Shown here: piece by piece, positions 59,762 through 64,000 of the stretch | Layout of the letters: every line of letters begins with the position of its first letter | Position numbering within the stretch: the stretch's first letter is position 1 | Assembly (NCBI GenBank): GCA_002269645.1 | Contig: NIVC01000105.1 | Span: 473,992-537,991, forward strand | Direction: 5' to 3' | Origin: Macrostomum lignano | Lineage: Eukaryota | DNA length: 64,000 nt | Notes under the pieces: generated by a model | What the model was told of the DNA's origin: nothing | The model's database searches: none | The model's input: only the letters and a program-made list of their open reading frames with translations | Made by a program: the position numbers and the translations under genes

Positions 59762-59965
59762 AGTGTCTGCCTGCGACGCCAAAATGAGTGTCTGCGGTGC
59801 CAAAATGAGTGTCTGTGGTGCCAAAATGAGTGTCTGCCTGCGACGCCAAAATGAGTGTCTGCGGTGCTAGAATGAGTGTCTGCGGTGCCAAAATGAGTGT
59901 CTGCGGTGCCAGACTGAGTGTCTGCGGTGCCAAAATGAGTGTCTGCGGTGCTAGAATGAGTGTCT
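59762..59965. repeat. 21-bp minisatellite (gtgccaaaatgagtgtctgcg)n
   Basis: About 9 units; shares aaaatgagtg and gcctgcgacgc with 19258-19690. Confidence 0.92.
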
Positions 59966-60084
59966 AATATAATTAAAGATAATTCATCCAAATAGCTATG
60001 TCACTCTGAACTAAATGCAACTTCCTACTTTACCCAAAGATGTCAATATAATAAATGGGATTTTAAACTACAATATATACTACA

Positions 60085-60531
60085 AATAATATATATTACT
60101 TTTATCATATGATCATAAATATTACCCATGGCAATAGAAGATGCCCCTGTTATAGATGATGCAGCTACACTGCCTGTAGCAGCTATAGCAACTTCCGATT
60201 GGCAATCAACATGTCCATACAGCTCATCAACGGAAACATTGCCCATGCAATTGGTAGTTAATGCACTTTCTCCATGATGGGACAACCGAGTCTGTTTGGC
60301 AGCTGAAGGCTCATTAGAAGCAGGAATAGGAAAGAGCTGCAAGGCCTTTTCCACCATATTATCTGTGTTTTCAGCCTCGCTAGCAAGTGTAGACAGTTGA
60401 TTCATACAGGAATTTATATAGCGTTCAGAGCCTTTGGCTACTTCAGAGTTTAAGGCAATGGCCTTTGACACGAGCGGCGGTAGTGTGGAATGAAATAGTT
60501 TACCATACATGCGAAGGCAAATCTTAGATCC
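60085..60531 (-). CDS. Possible internal exon of an unidentified gene
   Basis: Open frame GSKICLRMYGKLFHSTLPP...DHMIK, bounded by a tttctttaag acceptor and an aaa|gtaata donor; another donor gtg|gtaagt at ~60628. No motif recognised. Confidence 0.3.
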
Positions 60532-61370
60532 CTTAAAGAAAAATATTAAAGAAAAAGATAAGGCGAAGGAAATCGTTTTATATGAAACTTTAGGTTTTTA
60601 AAATATTTAAAATATTCTTTAAACTTACCACTTCCAAGGAGGCCTTCTCTTCCGGTGTAAAAGATGATGGCTAATATGGGCTTCCAAAATAAATACATAC
60701 ATATTTCTCATCCCAGGACACTTTATGGATAATGAAACAAAAAATGTTGATGAATTGTTGGTTGTTGCACGATCAAGAGGTTTAATTTGTCGTTTGCTAC
60801 GTGCAGATGCCATTGTAGAACTAAGCTATAATGAGAAATATATACAATTGCTGTTTGCAATATATATATTTTCATATTTCTAGGCATAGCTTTGCTATAT
60901 CATATAAATTAGATCTATATACAACTCCCTATATGAAAAAGTTGTAAAATTGCGAATGGCATCCAGTGCACTATTGAAATTTTTCTAAAGCGCAGTACAA
61001 ACACAGGCGCGTAGCGCCTGCGCGCATGCACTGCCCTTCTTGCTAGTTGCTAACTATGTTTTCCTGAATTTTGATTTTGGAAAATTAAAATTTTAATTTT
61101 GATTATTTGACAGTTATTGAATTTTGATTTTAATAGAAAAGCTCTTTTGGAAAATCTCTAATAATGCTAAAGTGCAGTAAAAAAATTCGACTCTATTCTA
61201 AAGCGCACATCTGCAGGTTTCAACCTTATACCAATAGGGATACAACTTAATGAATGCATTTTAGATTTTGTATATTAATCAAGTTTAATTAAATTAAAGA
61301 TCAGTTGATCAAGCCTCGCTTTGATATATAACTAAATTTTAGATTTTAAATCTAAAATATAAAAACTTAT

Positions 61371-61498
61371 AGACACGGCAGCTGTGTCTCTAATAGTGAC
61401 TTGGTCTATACTTATAGACACAGCTGCTGCATTATAGGCACAGCTGCCGTGCCTATAAGTATAGACCCAGTCACTATTAGAGACATGGCTGCCATGTC
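61371..61498. repeat. Imperfect hairpin (~55-bp arms)
   Basis: gtctctaatagtgacttggtctatacttatagacac pairs with gtgcctataagtatagacccagtcactattagagac (two mismatches). Confidence 0.8.
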
Positions 61499-62163
61499 AA
61501 TGAAACTTGCACAGCAGCCGTGTCCTTAATATTGAATAGGTTCACACTTAAAGACACGGTGGGTGACCGAGCGTGTCTTTAATATTAGAGCTTATAGGCA
61601 CGGCTGTCATCGCCATGTATAATCATTGATCGGATAAAAAGATCAATGGATTGAAAAACGTATTGAAAAATTAAATTAAATTTTTTAAGAATAACACAAA
61701 ATCATTTTAAAGTGCAGCCAAAATTTTATGTAGCTACTTAAATAGAAATAATTTTTTCAATACATATCAGCCGCACTTTAAGATTTAGTGTTACTCTTAT
61801 ATTAAAAAATTAAATTAAATTAATTATTTTATTCAATTTCAAAAAACTTTAAAATTTCAAGACGGAAAAATTTCTGTTTGCTAAAAAAATTCAAATTAAA
61901 AAACTGACCACTAGGGATTCGAACCAAGCTACACGTAATCACAAGGCAATCAACATATCCCCTAAGCCACTATTTCTTGTAAGAGAGCCCTATAAAACAC
62001 GCATTTTATATTGATGATTATATCCGTGCCTATAAGCTCAAATATTATAGTTATAGACGCGGCCACCATGCCTACAAGTATTCCACTTAAATAATAGCCG
62101 GATAGGGTCTAGGCTAAACTCTCTAACAATAAAATATTTATAAAATAAATAATAACTTATAAT

Positions 62164-62344
62164 CAGTGGCATATGGTAGGTAACGGGGCTAGGTCCCCCT
62201 GAAATTAACTCTCCTTGAAAAATCTACCGAAAAGTTGCTTTTTTTCCGATAATTTTCTGGAGAAAAAACCCTTCCCTTGTATACCCCCTCCTTTGGGTGC
62301 TAAATGCCCCCCCCCCCCTGAAAAAATTTCTGGCAGTGCCACTG
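62164..62344. mobile_element. hAT-type MITE (181 bp)
   Basis: TIR cagtggca/tgccactg; exact 8-bp TSD cttataat (62156-62163, 62345-62352). Confidence 0.88.
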
Positions 62345-62422
62345 CTTATAATCTTAAACATATTCTAAATAATGAGTTCTTAAATTTAAAAAAATCATTC
62401 TACTAATTTATATTACATAGAC

Positions 62423-62638
62423 TAGGGGACACAAAATCCCGGAATCCCGGATTCGAAATCCCGGACAAAGTGGGCAACGGAGAATGGACATGTATGCATG
62501 TATGTTCCTTATTTGAACTAACTGCCATTTTACGATAAAATACTTGCTATTATATCAGACATTATAAAAACATAGCCTTAACGTTCCGGGATTGAATCCC
62601 GACCCTGTGAATCCCGGGATCCGGGATTGTGACCCCTA
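62423..62638. mobile_element. hAT-type MITE (216 bp)
   Basis: TIR tagggg...atcccgg / ccgggattgtgaccccta; exact 8-bp TSD acatagac (62415-62422, 62639-62646); subterminal atcccgg motifs. Confidence 0.9.
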
Positions 62639-63403
62639 ACATAGACCATCTTTATATAAAATTATTGGCCTATTGCTAGCAGGTTGGACTAAGCAGAGCC
62701 TAATATAATATTGCAAAAATAAAGCCAAATGAAAAAAAGGCCAAGCCTAGGGCCTATAACTTATTTATGAGTAGGCCTAGTGGCAGCATTCATTACACAG
62801 TTAATAGGCTGATAGGGTTAAAAGAAGTTTAAAGACAGGTAGACCCTAATACTAAAGCAACATGAATAGATAGCATATTACAAATTTAGTAGGACTATAC
62901 TATATTGCGATTGTAGGATTTTTAAAAGTATGAATGAAAAGTGGATCTTATGAAAAGTTAGATTTCATACAGTGTATGCCTATACAGTGCATTAAATTTA
63001 TAAATATAAGTATTAGACACTTATTCTAGCAATTTAGCGCTGCAGATAATTTTTTTTCAAGTAAGCTTTTTTACAAGAAACTCATCTTGCTCGACAATGA
63101 GCGTATAAAATTATTAGTTATAAAGTTGTAGCCCTGGCTTTGACAACACACAAAACTGGACGAGGCAGTCCTTTGCAACATTAATGCTGTGTTACAGAAA
63201 AATCTTTTTTAGAGATTTAACTTTCAGATTTTCAGTCTTTCTCTCAAACTAACTTTTAGTAATTTATAGTCTTATTTCTGACATTTTAGATGCCAAACGC
63301 TTTTTTTAGTGGCCATATTATGTCGTTTTGTTAAAAATAAAGAACGCAACAATTAATATGCATTTCTCAAAACAATGTTAGAGTAAATATTATAAGAAAA
63401 TTA

Positions 63404-63880
63404 AAGAGCCATCATGTCAAACATTAAAGAGCCATTATGTCAAATATTAAAGAGCCACCATTTCAAACATTAAAGAGCCATCATTACAGACATTAAGGTG
63501 CCACCAGGTCAAACATTAAAGAACCACCATGCCTAACATTAACGAGTCACCATGTCAAGCATATGCGTGACTCCATGTCAAACATTAAAGAGCCATCATG
63601 TCAAACATTAAAGAGCCACCATGTCGAACATAAAATAGCCACCATGTCTAACATTAAAGAGCCACCATGTCAAACAATGGTGGCCATGTCAAGCGTATAC
63701 ATGACTCCATTTCAGACATTAAAGTGCCACTATGTCAAACATTAAAGAGCCACCACGTCAAACATAGAAGAGCCACCATGTACAACATAAAAAGTCACCA
63801 TGTCAAACATTTAGGAGCCACCATGTCAAACGTCGAATAGCCACCATGGCAAACATAAGAGACACCATTTCAAACGTAAA
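63404..63880. repeat. Degenerate 23-bp tandem repeat (agagccaccatgtcaaacattaa)n
   Basis: About 20 diverged units. Confidence 0.9.
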
Positions 63881-64000
63881 AAGAAGTGTCATGCCAATCA
63901 TAAAGGAGCCACTATAAAGCTAAGTAAATTGTCTCACTAGCTACTTATTGTTTGGTGGATGCTTGCTATTTATGGATCGATACTTGCTATTAGGTGGATG

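Noticed and set aside
1-64000. tRNA, rRNA or other structured RNA genes
   Set aside because: None recognised; the only tRNA-related sequence is the retrotransposon PBS.

Overview
Eukaryotic (invertebrate animal-like) genomic DNA dominated by mobile elements and tandem repeats; the organism cannot be named from sequence alone. Host-like genes: two intronless tandem DEG/ENaC channel paralogs plus a 3' pseudogene fragment, a five-exon C22orf15/CXorf65-like gene whose last three introns each carry a different satellite, an RCCD1-like RCC1-repeat ORF, a broken syntaxin-6-like 3' fragment and a disrupted two-OB-fold RPA70-like gene. Mobile elements: an intact single-ORF Ty3/Gypsy (Mag-like) retrotransposon (583-5000); a 10.8-kb Foldback-type Mutator-like element (22176-32934) with ~1-kb modular TIRs, a 9-bp TSD and a transposase fused to Ulp1 protease and PHD domains, with a nested Ngaro/DIRS fragment; a decayed I/Jockey-group LINE (about 40840-48062) that appears to carry an AlkB dioxygenase at the front of ORF1 and is interrupted by a long-TIR DD34D mariner; a decayed Gypsy pol whose PPT is followed by a 2.33-kb unit bounded by ~200-bp inverted repeats; an old mariner remnant; and three MITEs with exact TSDs. 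The strongest candidates for novelty are the AlkB-bearing LINE, the Foldback/MULE with Ulp1+PHD, the inverted-repeat-bounded LTR-like unit, and the block-mosaic DEG/ENaC paralogs. All family assignments come from motifs read by eye; no database search was run.
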